Source of the DNA: Escherichia phage P896 | Sequence record: OL451225.1 | Strand: one strand, 5' to 3' | Length of the DNA stretch: 64,000 nucleotides | Part shown: positions 20,132 to 31,310 of the stretch, in pieces | Numbering within the stretch: position 1 is the stretch's first letter | How the letters are laid out: every line of letters begins with the position of its first letter | Program-made: the position numbers and the translations under genes | Notes under the pieces: model-generated | The model's input: the letters and a program-made list of their open reading frames with translations, nothing else | Told to the model about the DNA's origin: nothing | Databases searched by the model: none

Positions 20132-20625
20132 AACTTGATGATTACCTCAACAATATCATCCTGGGATAAACCATTCAGGAGGATGTGATTTGTACTGTCA
20201 GATGCTGAAATGCGGAACTGATTACCAACTTCATCCGCCATATCATCCTGGGTTAACACTGGGTGTTTAATTCCCAGGCGGTGTTGAAGTGTCAGGGGTT
20301 CAACCACAACATAACAAACACATCCATTGATATGCACATTAGGTTGGGTCTGATTGATGAACACTTCTGCATCATATTTAACCAAATGGTTCTTTAAGAA
20401 GTCAACCATTTCAGGAACAGATTCATGCAGTGCTTCTTTCCGCTCTTCTGATTTCTTATCACGATATTCTTTTTGTTTCGCCTTCAACTTATTATCAGAC
20501 GCCAGTTTCTTTCTTAAGTCAGTAAGGAACCCAACATTTTTGGAACCTTTATAAACATAGATTCCGTCATGGCGGTCACCATATACATCAACAATCATTT
20601 CATTTGAAATCAGTTGCATATTCAT
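20122..20625 (-). CDS. Hypothetical protein at the position of T4 alc (167 aa from the internal ATG)
   Basis: GAGGAAAA Shine-Dalgarno before MNMQLISNEM; 167 aa equals T4 Alc length and the position between rnlA and the spanins matches; identity not verified. Confidence 0.35.
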   Translation of the reverse strand: MNMQLISNEMIVDVYGDRHDGIYVYKGSKNVGFLTDLRKKLASDNKLKAKQKEYRDKKSEERKEALHESVPEMVDFLKNHLVKYDAEVFINQTQPNVHINGCVCYVVVEPLTLQHRLGIKHPVLTQDDMADEVGNQFRISASDSTNHILLNGLSQDDIVEVIIKLCK

Positions 20626-20638
20626 AATATTTTCCTCA

Positions 20639-20872
20639 TTAGTAGCGGTTGTAACCTCTAGGACCAAAAGAGTTGGCACCCAGGCGTTCATCTTTCTTTT
20701 TGGCTCTTGCTCTAAACCCAGAATCACCTGTTTGAGCTTTCAGTTCTTTTAACAATTTGGCCTTCAGGTCAGTAATGAAACCAATCCGGCGGTCTCCCTT
20801 GTAGACATAGATTCCGTCATTACTGTCACCATATGCCTGTGTAACTCTTTCATTTGTAATTAAGTTTAACAT
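20639..20872 (-). CDS. Hypothetical protein, paralog of the N-terminal region of the downstream ORF
   Basis: 77 aa; shares L(I/T).NE.V...YGD..DGIYVYKG....GF.TDL..KL with 20122..20625; own promoter and Shine-Dalgarno. Confidence 0.45.
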   Translation of the reverse strand: MLNLITNERVTQAYGDSNDGIYVYKGDRRIGFITDLKAKLLKELKAQTGDSGFRARAKKKDERLGANSFGPRGYNRY

Positions 20873-20903
20873 GTTTTAGTCCTCATCAGTAGTTGATGGA
20901 ACC

Positions 20904-20935
20904 ATTATGTATAGAAAGAAGGGGCTTGTACACCC
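20904..20935 (-). promoter_or_regulatory. T4 early-type promoter
   Basis: Minus strand GTGTACAAG-N-CATAATGGTTCCATC; overlaps the AAGGGG/CCCCTT hairpin. Confidence 0.45.
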
Positions 20936-20942
20936 CTTTTTA

Positions 20943-22079
20943 TTATTCAGGAAGGATTACTTCCGCTTGGTAGTCCGACGGAATGTAAAGTTTATGATTT
21001 TTAAGGAAAACTTTATTGATTTGAGCAATCGTTTGTTCGGTTTCCTGGGGGCGTTGATAGGTGTTCATTAATACGGAGAACAATCCCGGGTACGGTTTAC
21101 ACAACTCTTGACCTTTAATCGCAAACTCGCGACGGTCTTTTCCTGCCAGTTGTTTCTGGGCGTCAAGCAACAATCCCAGCGTATTGGACAGATAATCCAG
21201 ATGTACAATGGTAAAGGCATTAACTTTTTCGCGAGCATAATCATCACCAGTAAACATGGCAATAACATCATCAGCCCCGCCGGCAACAACAACTTCAAAC
21301 AAACGCTCATTATTATTAATGGAGTCTTTAGTATGGTGCAGAGCACAATACCATTCTGTTTTCAGCTTGAACTTCTGACCACTTGCCAGCTCGTAGACGA
21401 AGCCTTCAATCTCTTTCATACCACGAACATTCTCAATGCTCACCAGGTCATATGCTTCAACCAGGAAAGGACGGAGTGCAGCATCTTTGAACAGTTCCTG
21501 GTATGGGATATATTCGCCAGTTTCATTATGACGAACGTTCAGTAAAATCAGGTCACGTTCCTGGTAAGGCAAAACAATGCGGTTGGTTGGTGCAACATAT
21601 TCCATATTGCATGCATAACCAGCTTCAGTGATTTCAGTCACACGAGCCCTGAACGCTTCACGGTGCGGTTGTTTAAACACCTGCAGAGATTCAGCAGCTT
21701 GGGAACTTTTAATCGACCCTTTGGATTTAAAAGCAATATTAGTCTGGTCCATATAAGTAGAAACCAAGCTACCATCAGCTTTTGCAGTAACCAGGACAAC
21801 TTCATCAAGGTTAAGGTCCATGGTCATTGGGTTCTCACCCAGATTAAAGAATTTTTCCATAGGACGGGCAGCAATGCGAACTGGACCATTGTCATCCATT
21901 TCAAACATAATGCCGCGGCACTCCAGTGCGTCATCAAGAAGCCAATCACTATAGGAAGCATAGTTATAGCTAAAGATGCGGAACTTAGTTTCAAATGGAG
22001 AAACAAAATCCGTATAGAAAAACTTACCTTTATCGGATTCGGCGCAAAGCTTCATTAAGTTATCATATAATTCAATCAT
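20943..22079 (-). CDS. rnlA: RNA ligase 1
   Basis: 378 aa (T4 Rnl1 is 374 aa); ligase motif I KADGSL; conserved N-terminal ...FRIFSYNYASYSDWLL.DALECRGIMFEMD... Confidence 0.85.
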   Translation of the reverse strand: MIELYDNLMKLCAESDKGKFFYTDFVSPFETKFRIFSYNYASYSDWLLDDALECRGIMFEMDDNGPVRIAARPMEKFFNLGENPMTMDLNLDEVVLVTAKADGSLVSTYMDQTNIAFKSKGSIKSSQAAESLQVFKQPHREAFRARVTEITEAGYACNMEYVAPTNRIVLPYQERDLILLNVRHNETGEYIPYQELFKDAALRPFLVEAYDLVSIENVRGMKEIEGFVYELASGQKFKLKTEWYCALHHTKDSINNNERLFEVVVAGGADDVIAMFTGDDYAREKVNAFTIVHLDYLSNTLGLLLDAQKQLAGKDRREFAIKGQELCKPYPGLFSVLMNTYQRPQETEQTIAQINKVFLKNHKLYIPSDYQAEVILPE

Positions 22080-22492
22080 TTCTTCACCTTATGTTGGTAA
22101 TTCCACGGGGGATTAAAAAGCTTGATGAACATCGGCTCTTCCAGAGACATCGTTTCGACTGACATCGTACCAAGTTCATTGGTCATTGACAGATTGAAAC
22201 ATTGTCGTGCATAGAATACCACCTTTTTACCTTCTTGTAAAGCTTCATGTATCATCCGGGATTTGTTTGAATCACTCGTCTGTTCGATTCGGTTAATTGC
22301 AGTCCGGTAATAGTTGATACGCTTCTTAAGGTTGTTCGTCTTACCAATATACACTAGTTCATCATCAACCGAAATAGCATAGATAACATTTTTCTTATTT
22401 GCGAGAGTAAGGATAGGGATTTTACCATCGACTAACTCCAACTCCGCGTATTTTATAAAACTGTATTCATCAGCGATTTGTTTCATGGGCAA
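22076..22492 (-). CDS. denA: Endonuclease II (GIY-YIG family)
   Basis: 138 aa (T4 EndoII is 136 aa); GIY-YIG motif VIYAISVDDELVYIGKT; position between nrdB and rnlA. Confidence 0.8.
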   Translation of the reverse strand: MPMKQIADEYSFIKYAELELVDGKIPILTLANKKNVIYAISVDDELVYIGKTNNLKKRINYYRTAINRIEQTSDSNKSRMIHEALQEGKKVVFYARQCFNLSMTNELGTMSVETMSLEEPMFIKLFNPPWNYQHKVKK

Positions 22493-22512
22493 AAAGGGCC
22501 GAAGCCCTTTCC
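22493..22512 (-). terminator. Intrinsic terminator after nrdB
   Basis: Minus-strand GGGC-UUCG-GCCC hairpin followed by UUUUUG, between the nrdB stop and the denA start. Confidence 0.5.
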
Positions 22513-23691
22513 TTATAGATATTTACGGAAACCAGCAAGAACATTCTCATCGACGTCATTGTCAATCTGGGCTACCAGGTAAGCAGACAACTCAACTTCT
22601 TGCGGTGCAGATTGCACATTATCAGAGTTAAGATATTCACGAATCCATGGAATCGGGTGCTTAGTAGATTCTAACACGATTTCACAAGGGAGACCGCATT
22701 GCTTCATACGAGAAACTGTCAGGTAATCGATGAAGCAGTTAAGAATCTCGACGCTCAACCCAGGGAGTCCACCATCTTTAAACAGATGTACGGCCCATTC
22801 TTTTTCCTGGCGATTAACTTCCATGAAAATAGCTGCGGCTTCTGCTTCGCATTCGTGAGCGATTTTAACCCATTCGTCACCGTCAACACCAGTCTGCAGC
22901 TGACGAAGAATATATTGGGTCCCCTTAAGGTGGAGCTGTTCATCACGGGCGATGAACTTCATTATCTTCGCATTACCTTCCATGATTTCCATGTTCTTAT
23001 GGAAGTTGAAAGTACATGCGAAAGATACATAAAAACGAATAGCTTCCAGGGCGTTAATAACATGCAGGCAGAGATAAAGAGACTTCATCAATGCTCGTTT
23101 GGCGATAGCTTCTTGTTTGATAGCTCGTTCCAAACGTTCGTCCGCTTCGGGAGTTTCTTTGGCCAGTTCAACAAAAGCAATCTGGTTTTGCCATTGACGA
23201 GTTTTATTCAGAACATCATCATAGTAATGACCAATGGATTCTGCGCGCTTCATGATTGCATCATCTAACAGGATTTCGTCGAATACCTTCGCCGGGTCCG
23301 TATAGAGATTTCGCATGATGTGCGTATAAGAACGAGAGTGAATTGTCTCGCTGAATGTCCAGGTCTGAATCCATGTATCAAGGCTCGGGTCAGAAACTAA
23401 TGCGGCTAATGCTGCAGCTGGAGCACGCCCCTGGATACTATCCAGAAGTGATTGGTATTTCAGGTTGTTGGTAAAAATATTTTGTTGATGTTCAGGAAGC
23501 TTATTAAATTGGGCTCCATCCATCATCAGGTTTACTTCCTCTGGTCGCCAGAAGAATGATAATTGCTTTTCTGTTAATTCTTCGAAAACTTTATGGCGCT
23601 GGATATCATAACGGGCGATGCCCAATCCTGAGCCAAAAAACATAGGCTCGGCTAAAACATCCACTGGAGTGGTATTAAAAACTGTACTCAT
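22513..23691 (-). CDS. nrdB: Ribonucleotide reductase small subunit (uninterrupted)
   Basis: 392 aa continuous ORF with class Ia R2 features; no intron. Confidence 0.95.
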   Translation of the reverse strand: MSTVFNTTPVDVLAEPMFFGSGLGIARYDIQRHKVFEELTEKQLSFFWRPEEVNLMMDGAQFNKLPEHQQNIFTNNLKYQSLLDSIQGRAPAAALAALVSDPSLDTWIQTWTFSETIHSRSYTHIMRNLYTDPAKVFDEILLDDAIMKRAESIGHYYDDVLNKTRQWQNQIAFVELAKETPEADERLERAIKQEAIAKRALMKSLYLCLHVINALEAIRFYVSFACTFNFHKNMEIMEGNAKIMKFIARDEQLHLKGTQYILRQLQTGVDGDEWVKIAHECEAEAAAIFMEVNRQEKEWAVHLFKDGGLPGLSVEILNCFIDYLTVSRMKQCGLPCEIVLESTKHPIPWIREYLNSDNVQSAPQEVELSAYLVAQIDNDVDENVLAGFRKYL

Positions 23692-23729
23692 TTTATTTCC
23701 TCAATAGCTCATCCATGAGCATAATTATA

Positions 23730-25985
23730 TCAAAGTTTGCAGGCGGAGCAGTCTTCTGCTTTAGGAGCTTCGATTTCGTAATCGTCTGTTCCGGAACCAT
23801 CTCTAGTGTTATGATAATAAAGGTTTTTTCCACCAAAATACCAGAAGTACATCAAGTCGTCAAGCATAACTGACATTGGAACTTTTCCTTTCGGATAATT
23901 CTGCGGGTCATAATACGTATTTGCCGATGCTGACTGACAAATCCATTTCAACATAATCGCGACTTGGGTCAGATAAGGTTTGTTACCCTGCTTAGCTAGC
24001 ACCCATGCGTAATCGTACAATCCTTTATTGTGCTCAATATTGGGCACGACTTGATTAAAGGAACCCTCTTTTGACTCTTTAATAGAGACTGGTCCACGCG
24101 GAGGTTCGATACCGTTTGTACTGTTAGAAACTTGGGAAGATGACTCACAAGGCATAAGTGCTGATAATGTGCTATTACGGATGCCATGTTCAACCAGGTC
24201 TTCCCGCAACTGCGCCCAGTCACAAACGTAGTTTGGAGCTGCGATTTGGTCAATCTTTTTATTGTACCAGTCGATAGGTAATTCGCCTCGAGCCCAACGA
24301 GTGTCTGAATAATATTCGCAAGGTCCTTTTTCTTTGGCGAGCTTGATTGATGCTCGGATAAGGCCATATTGTAATCTCTCGAACAGTTCATGTGTTAAAT
24401 CATTTGCATCAGCATAGGAAGCGAAATTGCTTGCCAGCCATGCAGCATAGTTAGTAACCCCAACACCCAGGTTGCGGCGTTTTTTGGCTTTCAGAGCTTC
24501 TTTAACCGGATAACCCTGATAGTCCAACAGGTTATCAAGAGCACGAACTTGAACTTCAGCCAGCTCGTTAATCTTATCTTGGTCCTGCCAGTCAAAACTA
24601 TCCAGAACAAATGCCGACAATGTGCACAATCCGATTTCAGCGTCTTCGCTGTTCACATCAGTAGTCGGGATTGCAATTTCGCAGCAAAGGTTTGATTGAC
24701 GAATCGGAGCCTTATCACGGATGAACGGAGTGTAGTCATTCACGTTATCGACGAACTGCGGATAAACCCTGGCTGTACCGGAACGTTCAGTCATGAATAA
24801 TTCGAATACATCTTTTGCTTTGATACGTTTCTTGCGAACTGTCGGGTCTTTTTCTAAGGCTTCATATAACTCGCGGAATTTATCCGGGTTATCAAAATAT
24901 GAATAATACAATTCACCGCCAGCTTCGTGCGGACTAAACAGAGTGATGTAATCATTCTTAGCCAGTCGTTCCATCATCAGGTTATTCAGCTGGACGCCAT
25001 AGTCCATATGTCTGATGCGGTTTTCTTCAACGCCCTTGTTGTTCTTCAGAACGAGTAAATTTTCAACTTCCAAATGCCAAATAGGATAATAAGCAGTAGC
25101 AGCGCCGCCACGGATTCCACCTTGTGAACATGATTTAACAGCCGTTTGGAAATGTTTCCAGAACGGAATAACACCAGTATGCTTAACTTCGCCCATACCG
25201 ATTTTCGAACCTTCGGCACGAATCATGCCAACGTTGATACCAATACCTGCGCGCTTACTGATATATTCGATGATTGAATTAGCAGTCTTATTAATTGACT
25301 TCAGGGAGTCAGCCGCTTCGATAACCACGCATGAACTGAACTGCCTGGTAGGTGTTCTGGCGCCCGCCATGATTGGCGTGGGCAACGAAACCTGTCGAGT
25401 GGATACTGCATCATAAAAACGGCAAACGTGCTTCAGACGGTCCGTTGGTTCATCCTGGTGCAGTGCCATGCCGATAGCCATGATTGCGAATTGCGGAGTC
25501 TCGTAGATTTTCCCAGTGGTTTTATCTTTAACCAGGTATTTTTCTTTAAGCTGCATCGCGCCTGCATAAGTCAAGTCAAAATCACGTTCGTGTTTGATAC
25601 GAGATTCCAGATAAGTAATCTCTTCGGCCGAGTAGCTTGACAACAGTTCCGGGTCGTATTTGCCTTCATTGACACAATAAGAAATCTGGTCAATAAAAGA
25701 ACGCGGTTCGAACTGGCCATAAACATCTTTACGCAGAGCAAACATCGTAGCCTTCGCTGCAACGTATTGGTAATCTGGTTCTTCAACCGAGATAAGCCCA
25801 GCAGACACTTTGATGATAACCGTCTGAATATCGCGAGTAGTCATACCATCGCGCAGGTGTGGTTTGATTGTTTCGTATAATTCATACGGGTCGATATTGG
25901 TTCCTTCACATGACCAGGAAAGAACTTTAATAATTTTCTGGCCATCAAAATCTTGAGATACGCCACTACTTTTTTGTACTTGCAT
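23730..25985 (-). CDS. nrdA: Ribonucleotide reductase large subunit
   Basis: 751 aa; class Ia R1 (ATP-cone N-terminus, C-terminal CxxC tail ...CSACKL). Confidence 0.95.
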   Translation of the reverse strand: MQVQKSSGVSQDFDGQKIIKVLSWSCEGTNIDPYELYETIKPHLRDGMTTRDIQTVIIKVSAGLISVEEPDYQYVAAKATMFALRKDVYGQFEPRSFIDQISYCVNEGKYDPELLSSYSAEEITYLESRIKHERDFDLTYAGAMQLKEKYLVKDKTTGKIYETPQFAIMAIGMALHQDEPTDRLKHVCRFYDAVSTRQVSLPTPIMAGARTPTRQFSSCVVIEAADSLKSINKTANSIIEYISKRAGIGINVGMIRAEGSKIGMGEVKHTGVIPFWKHFQTAVKSCSQGGIRGGAATAYYPIWHLEVENLLVLKNNKGVEENRIRHMDYGVQLNNLMMERLAKNDYITLFSPHEAGGELYYSYFDNPDKFRELYEALEKDPTVRKKRIKAKDVFELFMTERSGTARVYPQFVDNVNDYTPFIRDKAPIRQSNLCCEIAIPTTDVNSEDAEIGLCTLSAFVLDSFDWQDQDKINELAEVQVRALDNLLDYQGYPVKEALKAKKRRNLGVGVTNYAAWLASNFASYADANDLTHELFERLQYGLIRASIKLAKEKGPCEYYSDTRWARGELPIDWYNKKIDQIAAPNYVCDWAQLREDLVEHGIRNSTLSALMPCESSSQVSNSTNGIEPPRGPVSIKESKEGSFNQVVPNIEHNKGLYDYAWVLAKQGNKPYLTQVAIMLKWICQSASANTYYDPQNYPKGKVPMSVMLDDLMYFWYFGGKNLYYHNTRDGSGTDDYEIEAPKAEDCSACKL

Positions 25986-26006
25986 GTTTTCCTCTGTTAT
26001 AAAATG

Positions 26007-26055
26007 GGGTCATGCTTATAATAACGCATGACCCTGAAGCGGAATCGTATTTATA
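26007..26055 (-). promoter_or_regulatory. Late promoter (TATAAATA at 26048-26055) plus a 9-bp-stem hairpin in the nrdA leader
   Basis: Exact TATAAATA on the minus strand; GGGTCATGC-N10-GCATGACCC hairpin at 26007-26034, just upstream of the nrdA Shine-Dalgarno. Confidence 0.4.
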
Positions 26056-26115
26056 GAAGGAAGTTAAGCCCAACCATTACGACCAAAAATAAAATGCCAG
26101 CAATTTGAATATTCA

Positions 26116-27892
<1,777 letters not shown>

Positions 27893-27902
27893 TATATTTT
27901 CC

Positions 27903-28142
27903 TCACGCTTTCTTAGCAACTTTCCAGTCAGCTTTAAATTGGTCAACGTCAGAGTGATGAATCCAGAAACCAGATGAGCTACCATCTTCATAAAGAGGAC
28001 AACCATCACACTCATCTTTCCAACCCATCGCGCATAAAGTTTCTTCAGCTTTTTCCAGAGCTTCTGGATTGTTACCCTGGATTGTGAAGTACCATTTGCC
28101 TTTAACTTCTGAATCTTTGATGCTCTCACGTTGTAATTTCAT
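27903..28142 (-). CDS. Hypothetical protein (cysteine-containing, 79 aa)
   Basis: ORF with TGGAGAATAAAATG leader; CDGC motif. Confidence 0.5.
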   Translation of the reverse strand: MKLQRESIKDSEVKGKWYFTIQGNNPEALEKAEETLCAMGWKDECDGCPLYEDGSSSGFWIHHSDVDQFKADWKVAKKA

Positions 28143-28184
28143 TTTATTCTCCAGGGTTTTAGTTGTTAACTCAGTATGGGACCA

Positions 28185-28220
28185 TTATGTCATAGCCCCA
28201 TTTGGTTGTACACTACTTTT
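28185..28220 (-). promoter_or_regulatory. T4 early-type promoter
   Basis: Minus strand AAAAAGTAGTGTACAAC-N-CATAATGGTCCCATACTGAG. Confidence 0.5.
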
Positions 28221-28486
28221 TAAATTTTATCAAGCCATTTGCCAAGTTTAATCATTTCCTTGGTGGCTTTTTCCATACTTCTGAACTTAACTAATAAAGG
28301 ATGAGTATCAACACCCATAACAAGATTGGTTGCAAGACTGTGCTCACCCACAAGCCACAATGAGTATGTTTGAACATCGAGACCATAATTTCTGTCTTTA
28401 TGAACTCGTACACCCATTACTTCAAATTGCTTGCTTGCTTTTTCTACTGCATCCAGGAAATCATCTTTAGTCATATTAGACCCCAA
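28220..28486 (-). CDS. Hypothetical protein
   Basis: 88-aa ORF. Confidence 0.5.
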   Translation of the reverse strand: MGSNMTKDDFLDAVEKASKQFEVMGVRVHKDRNYGLDVQTYSLWLVGEHSLATNLVMGVDTHPLLVKFRSMEKATKEMIKLGKWLDKI

Positions 28487-28889
28487 AAGTTGCTTTAATC
28501 AGGGCAATAACTTCCGCGGCATTTTTATGATTTACCTGCACATGAATGGTTTGGGTATCAACATCAGGAGCATCGCCATCAACTTCCAGGAAGTGACAGA
28601 ATTCCCATTCAGCGAGTTCAAAGTACTCATCAACATCACCCATACTATTCAGGATGGTGCCATCTTTCATTTCAACTTTTTCAACAAAATAATCACCTTC
28701 AATATAACACATATCCAGGACTTTGAAGGAATTGCCATGCTGTTCCATTAACTTGACCATGCACGAATTATCATCAGGACTACCAGCGATGAATTGTTTT
28801 TTAGCAGCAGGGTCTAATACGTAAAATTTACCAGTTTCCATCATTTTAATTTCCTCATGTAGTTGATGGGTCCATAATAACATAATCAT
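28476..28889 (-). CDS. Hypothetical protein, paralog pair member 1
   Basis: 137 aa; shares ...DEYFELAEWEFCHF... with the next ORF. Confidence 0.5.
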   Translation of the reverse strand: MIMLLWTHQLHEEIKMMETGKFYVLDPAAKKQFIAGSPDDNSCMVKLMEQHGNSFKVLDMCYIEGDYFVEKVEMKDGTILNSMGDVDEYFELAEWEFCHFLEVDGDAPDVDTQTIHVQVNHKNAAEVIALIKATFGV

Positions 28890-28906
28890 AGACCCGTTGT
28901 AAACTG
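28872..28906 (-). promoter_or_regulatory. T4 early-type promoter
   Basis: Minus strand GTTTACAAC-N18-TTATTATGGACCCATCAACTAC. Confidence 0.45.
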
Positions 28907-29269
28907 CTATTTGAAAGCTTTTTGTAGAAGTTCAATGATTTGGTCGACGTTATTAGCATCCACAACACAATTAATAGAAACCGCCCCCGAAGGTGTTTTT
29001 GTATAATTGGAGTATTCACGGAAGCAATAAAACTCTTCTTCACTAAGTTCAAAATAATCGTCACCCATGCCATCATCATTATAGATTGCACCATTAGCAC
29101 AAATGATTTCGGTTACATAATCATAGCCGTCTGCACTTGATATTGATTTAACTTCAAACCAACCGCCATTTTCTTGGATGATGTCGACCATACTAGCATT
29201 CGATGAACTAATATCAATGAAAGATTTAATACGATGTGGATTGAACTCATATTTTTTGCCGATTTCCAT
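28907..29269 (-). CDS. Hypothetical protein, paralog pair member 2
   Basis: 120 aa; ...DDYFELSEEEFYCF... homologous to 28476..28889. Confidence 0.5.
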   Translation of the reverse strand: MEIGKKYEFNPHRIKSFIDISSSNASMVDIIQENGGWFEVKSISSADGYDYVTEIICANGAIYNDDGMGDDYFELSEEEFYCFREYSNYTKTPSGAVSINCVVDANNVDQIIELLQKAFK

Positions 29270-29307
29270 TTTTATTTCCTCAGTTGTTATCAGTAGTTGA
29301 TGGAATC

Positions 29308-29340
29308 ATTATGCCTTAGCTCAAAGGACTTGTACACTAC
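29308..29340 (-). promoter_or_regulatory. T4 early-type promoter
   Basis: Minus strand AAAAAGTAGTGTACAAG-N-CATAATGATTCCATCAACTAC. Confidence 0.5.
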
Positions 29341-29349
29341 TTTTTGAAA

Positions 29350-29376
29350 ATAAAAAAGGGACCCGAAGGTCCCCTT
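29350..29376 (-). terminator. Intrinsic terminator after gene 32
   Basis: Minus-strand GGGACC-UUCG-GGUCCC followed by UUUUUUAUUUU, directly after the gp32 stop codon. Confidence 0.7.
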
Positions 29377-29379
29377 ATA

Positions 29380-30291
29380 TTAAAGGCCAGCCAGAAGGTC
29401 GTCAAGACCATCATCAGAAGGCTCTGGAGTGCTTGGAGCAGTCGCAGTGCGTTCAGACTTAGCAGGTTTGCTGGAAGTGAAGTCTTCCATATCTTTATCG
29501 AAATCGTCCAGGTCAGCGCCCAGTTTATCAGCTTGTGCAGCGGCTTTAGAAGCAGCCCCGCCAAGAGCAGCCGTACCCATTACTTTAGAGAATTTCTTCT
29601 GATTCTCTTCAAGGGATTTAAATACCAGCAATTCATTCAGGTCAGACATTTCGTCCCAAAGTTTTTTCTGGAATGCTTCATCATTGATACCAGCGATTTC
29701 AGACTGGTTCATGAATTTGGAATCATCGTAGTTTTTATAACCGGAAACCAGTTTGGATTTCAGTACAAAGTTTGCACCTTCAAAAGGACAAGTTACATCA
29801 ATAGCTGTTTCGCCCATGTCAACATCGACTTCAACCATCTGGTTAATTTTGTCCATGATTTTCTTGCCGAAGCGATATTTGAATACTTGACCTTCGTTAG
29901 ACGGAACAGCAGGGTCTTTAATGACCAGGATGTTAGCCCAGTAAGAAGTATTACGCTTCAGTTTACGATATTCGGATTCGTTTGTGTTGTACAGGTCATT
30001 CTTGTTCATGTACGCACACACAGGGCAGTTTTCATAATCGCCGTGGGTAGAAGTACAGTTTTCAATATACCATTGACCGCCATTTTTAAAGCCGTGGTTA
30101 ACGAGCTTGATGAACGGAGATGGATTTTCTTCATTCTTGGAAGGCAGGAAACGAATAACCGCAGAACCGACGCCATCAGTATCTTTCAGTTTCCATTCTT
30201 TTTTATCGTCAGAAGAGAAACCAGAACCACCTTTCAGAGCATTAAGGGAAGCAGCCAGGTCAGCAGGGTTTTTACGTTTAAACATAGACAT
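29380..30291 (-). CDS. 32: Single-stranded DNA-binding protein gp32
   Basis: 303 aa; strong similarity to T4 gp32 (MFKRK...VIRFLPSK, zinc-site region ...HGDY..CPVCAY..., acidic C-terminus). Confidence 0.95.
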   Translation of the reverse strand: MSMFKRKNPADLAASLNALKGGSGFSSDDKKEWKLKDTDGVGSAVIRFLPSKNEENPSPFIKLVNHGFKNGGQWYIENCTSTHGDYENCPVCAYMNKNDLYNTNESEYRKLKRNTSYWANILVIKDPAVPSNEGQVFKYRFGKKIMDKINQMVEVDVDMGETAIDVTCPFEGANFVLKSKLVSGYKNYDDSKFMNQSEIAGINDEAFQKKLWDEMSDLNELLVFKSLEENQKKFSKVMGTAALGGAASKAAAQADKLGADLDDFDKDMEDFTSSKPAKSERTATAPSTPEPSDDGLDDLLAGL

Positions 30292-30372
30292 ATGATTTTC
30301 CTTAGATTATTTGATTTTTAGCAGTTGTTTTGATTACATATTAATTATACTTCAAAGTGCTTGAAGCGTTAT
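30292..30372 (-). promoter_or_regulatory. Gene 32 5' leader: hairpin plus AU-rich unstructured region (candidate autogenous translational operator)
   Basis: CTTCAA-N5-TTGAAG hairpin, then a long A/U-rich stretch ending in AAGGAAAAUCAUAUG. Confidence 0.3.
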
Positions 30373-31020
30373 TTGACAGTTTTTAACGGTCTCGATGAAC
30401 AATTTACGAGCTTCAAGAGAATCGATATTTAAGATTTTCTTATAGGCATTTAGTTTGGTTGAATACTTTTCCCAAACCAAGTCGTTAGTCTGTTCATCAT
30501 GTTTATTTATAATATCTAAAAATGAATCAAGCAAACAAAACGTTTCAAATGAGATAACATTCGATTGGAGAAGTTTGAAAATATAACTTGTGTTTACTTT
30601 AGTATTATACTCGAAAATCTCTTGAAGCGATTTGACTTCGACTTTCTTACTGAAGTAATAGATATTCTTTATATCATCTTCGTATACTTGTCTAATTCTT
30701 TTAAGTCTGCCAATGTATTCTCTATAAAATATCAGAGCATCGGCATCACTTATATCGCCTATCCATGCATCCTGGTTTGCAACCAGGTTTGACATGAATA
30801 TTAACGTTAATTCTTTAAGAGTGTACTTATCACTAAGCTTTTCGAAAAAATACTTATCGCGGCGTTTTTGATAAGCACTATCGGAGATTCGCATGGTCCA
30901 GTTATATTTGATAATATCATAACGACCCGAAAAATGCTGTTTGATGGATAAGTACAGTTGATATACTGATTTACCATTTATATATCGGTTGTTATTTGGA
31001 GGCATGCGAATCGTAATCAT
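30352..31020 (-). CDS. 59: Helicase loader gp59
   Basis: 222 aa; closely matches T4 gp59 (...YKLYL.IKQH..G.YD.IKYNW.MR.SD.AYQKRRDKYFF.KLS.KY.LKEL...). Confidence 0.9.
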   Translation of the reverse strand: MITIRMPPNNNRYINGKSVYQLYLSIKQHFSGRYDIIKYNWTMRISDSAYQKRRDKYFFEKLSDKYTLKELTLIFMSNLVANQDAWIGDISDADALIFYREYIGRLKRIRQVYEDDIKNIYYFSKKVEVKSLQEIFEYNTKVNTSYIFKLLQSNVISFETFCLLDSFLDIINKHDEQTNDLVWEKYSTKLNAYKKILNIDSLEARKLFIETVKNCQITLQAL

Positions 31021-31310
31021 AACAAAAAGTCCAGCGTATTAGTTTTCTGTGTACGAGACATACTCGGACGAAGCAGGTTATCATCATATGCTTCATTCAT
31101 AATCTTATCGACGATTCCCGCAGGGATATATCGAGCAAAATTACCTTCGGGAATTCCACGTTCTTCCAACCAGGCAGTCGCAGCTTCCAGATAAGACATT
31201 TCAGTTGTCTCGACCATGGCTTCAATATCAAGCCCGTTTTGCTGCTTACTAATCGCCCCGGAAGGCGATTCAGTTTTCTGTGTATCAAAATTAACTAAAG
31301 AGGACATCAT
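31017..31310 (-). CDS. 33: Late transcription co-activator gp33 (start at internal ATG)
   Basis: Conserved C-terminal region (...MSYLEA.TA.LEE..IPE..FA..IP.GI..KI..EA.D.NLLRPS......NTLDFLL); GGAG Shine-Dalgarno before the ATG at 31310; the track ORF is over-extended. Confidence 0.75.
   Translation of the reverse strand: MMSSLVNFDTQKTESPSGAISKQQNGLDIEAMVETTEMSYLEAATAWLEERGIPEGNFARYIPAGIVDKIMNEAYDDNLLRPSMSRTQKTNTLDFLL

Noticed and set aside
20122-20727. Long N-terminal extensions of track ORFs (201 aa here; also 18839-19438, 27551-28129, 31017-31403, 57482-57979, 63203-63850)
   Set aside because: The extensions overlap upstream genes or promoters and lack ribosome-binding sites; internal ATGs with strong Shine-Dalgarno sequences give T4-like protein lengths.
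20919-20938. AAGGGG-N8-CCCCTT hairpin followed by a T-run on the + strand, which looks like a + strand terminator
   Set aside because: No + strand gene ends nearby; it overlaps the -35 of a minus-strand early promoter, so it is more likely part of the promoter cassette or a weak minus-strand terminator after rnlA.
23996-24391. 131-aa minus-strand ORF inside nrdA
   Set aside because: Alternative frame within the nrdA coding region; nrdA is the conserved frame.
29344-30321. 325-aa + strand ORF
   Set aside because: It lies exactly antisense to the highly conserved gene 32 and has no promoter or ribosome-binding site; read as a chance open frame.
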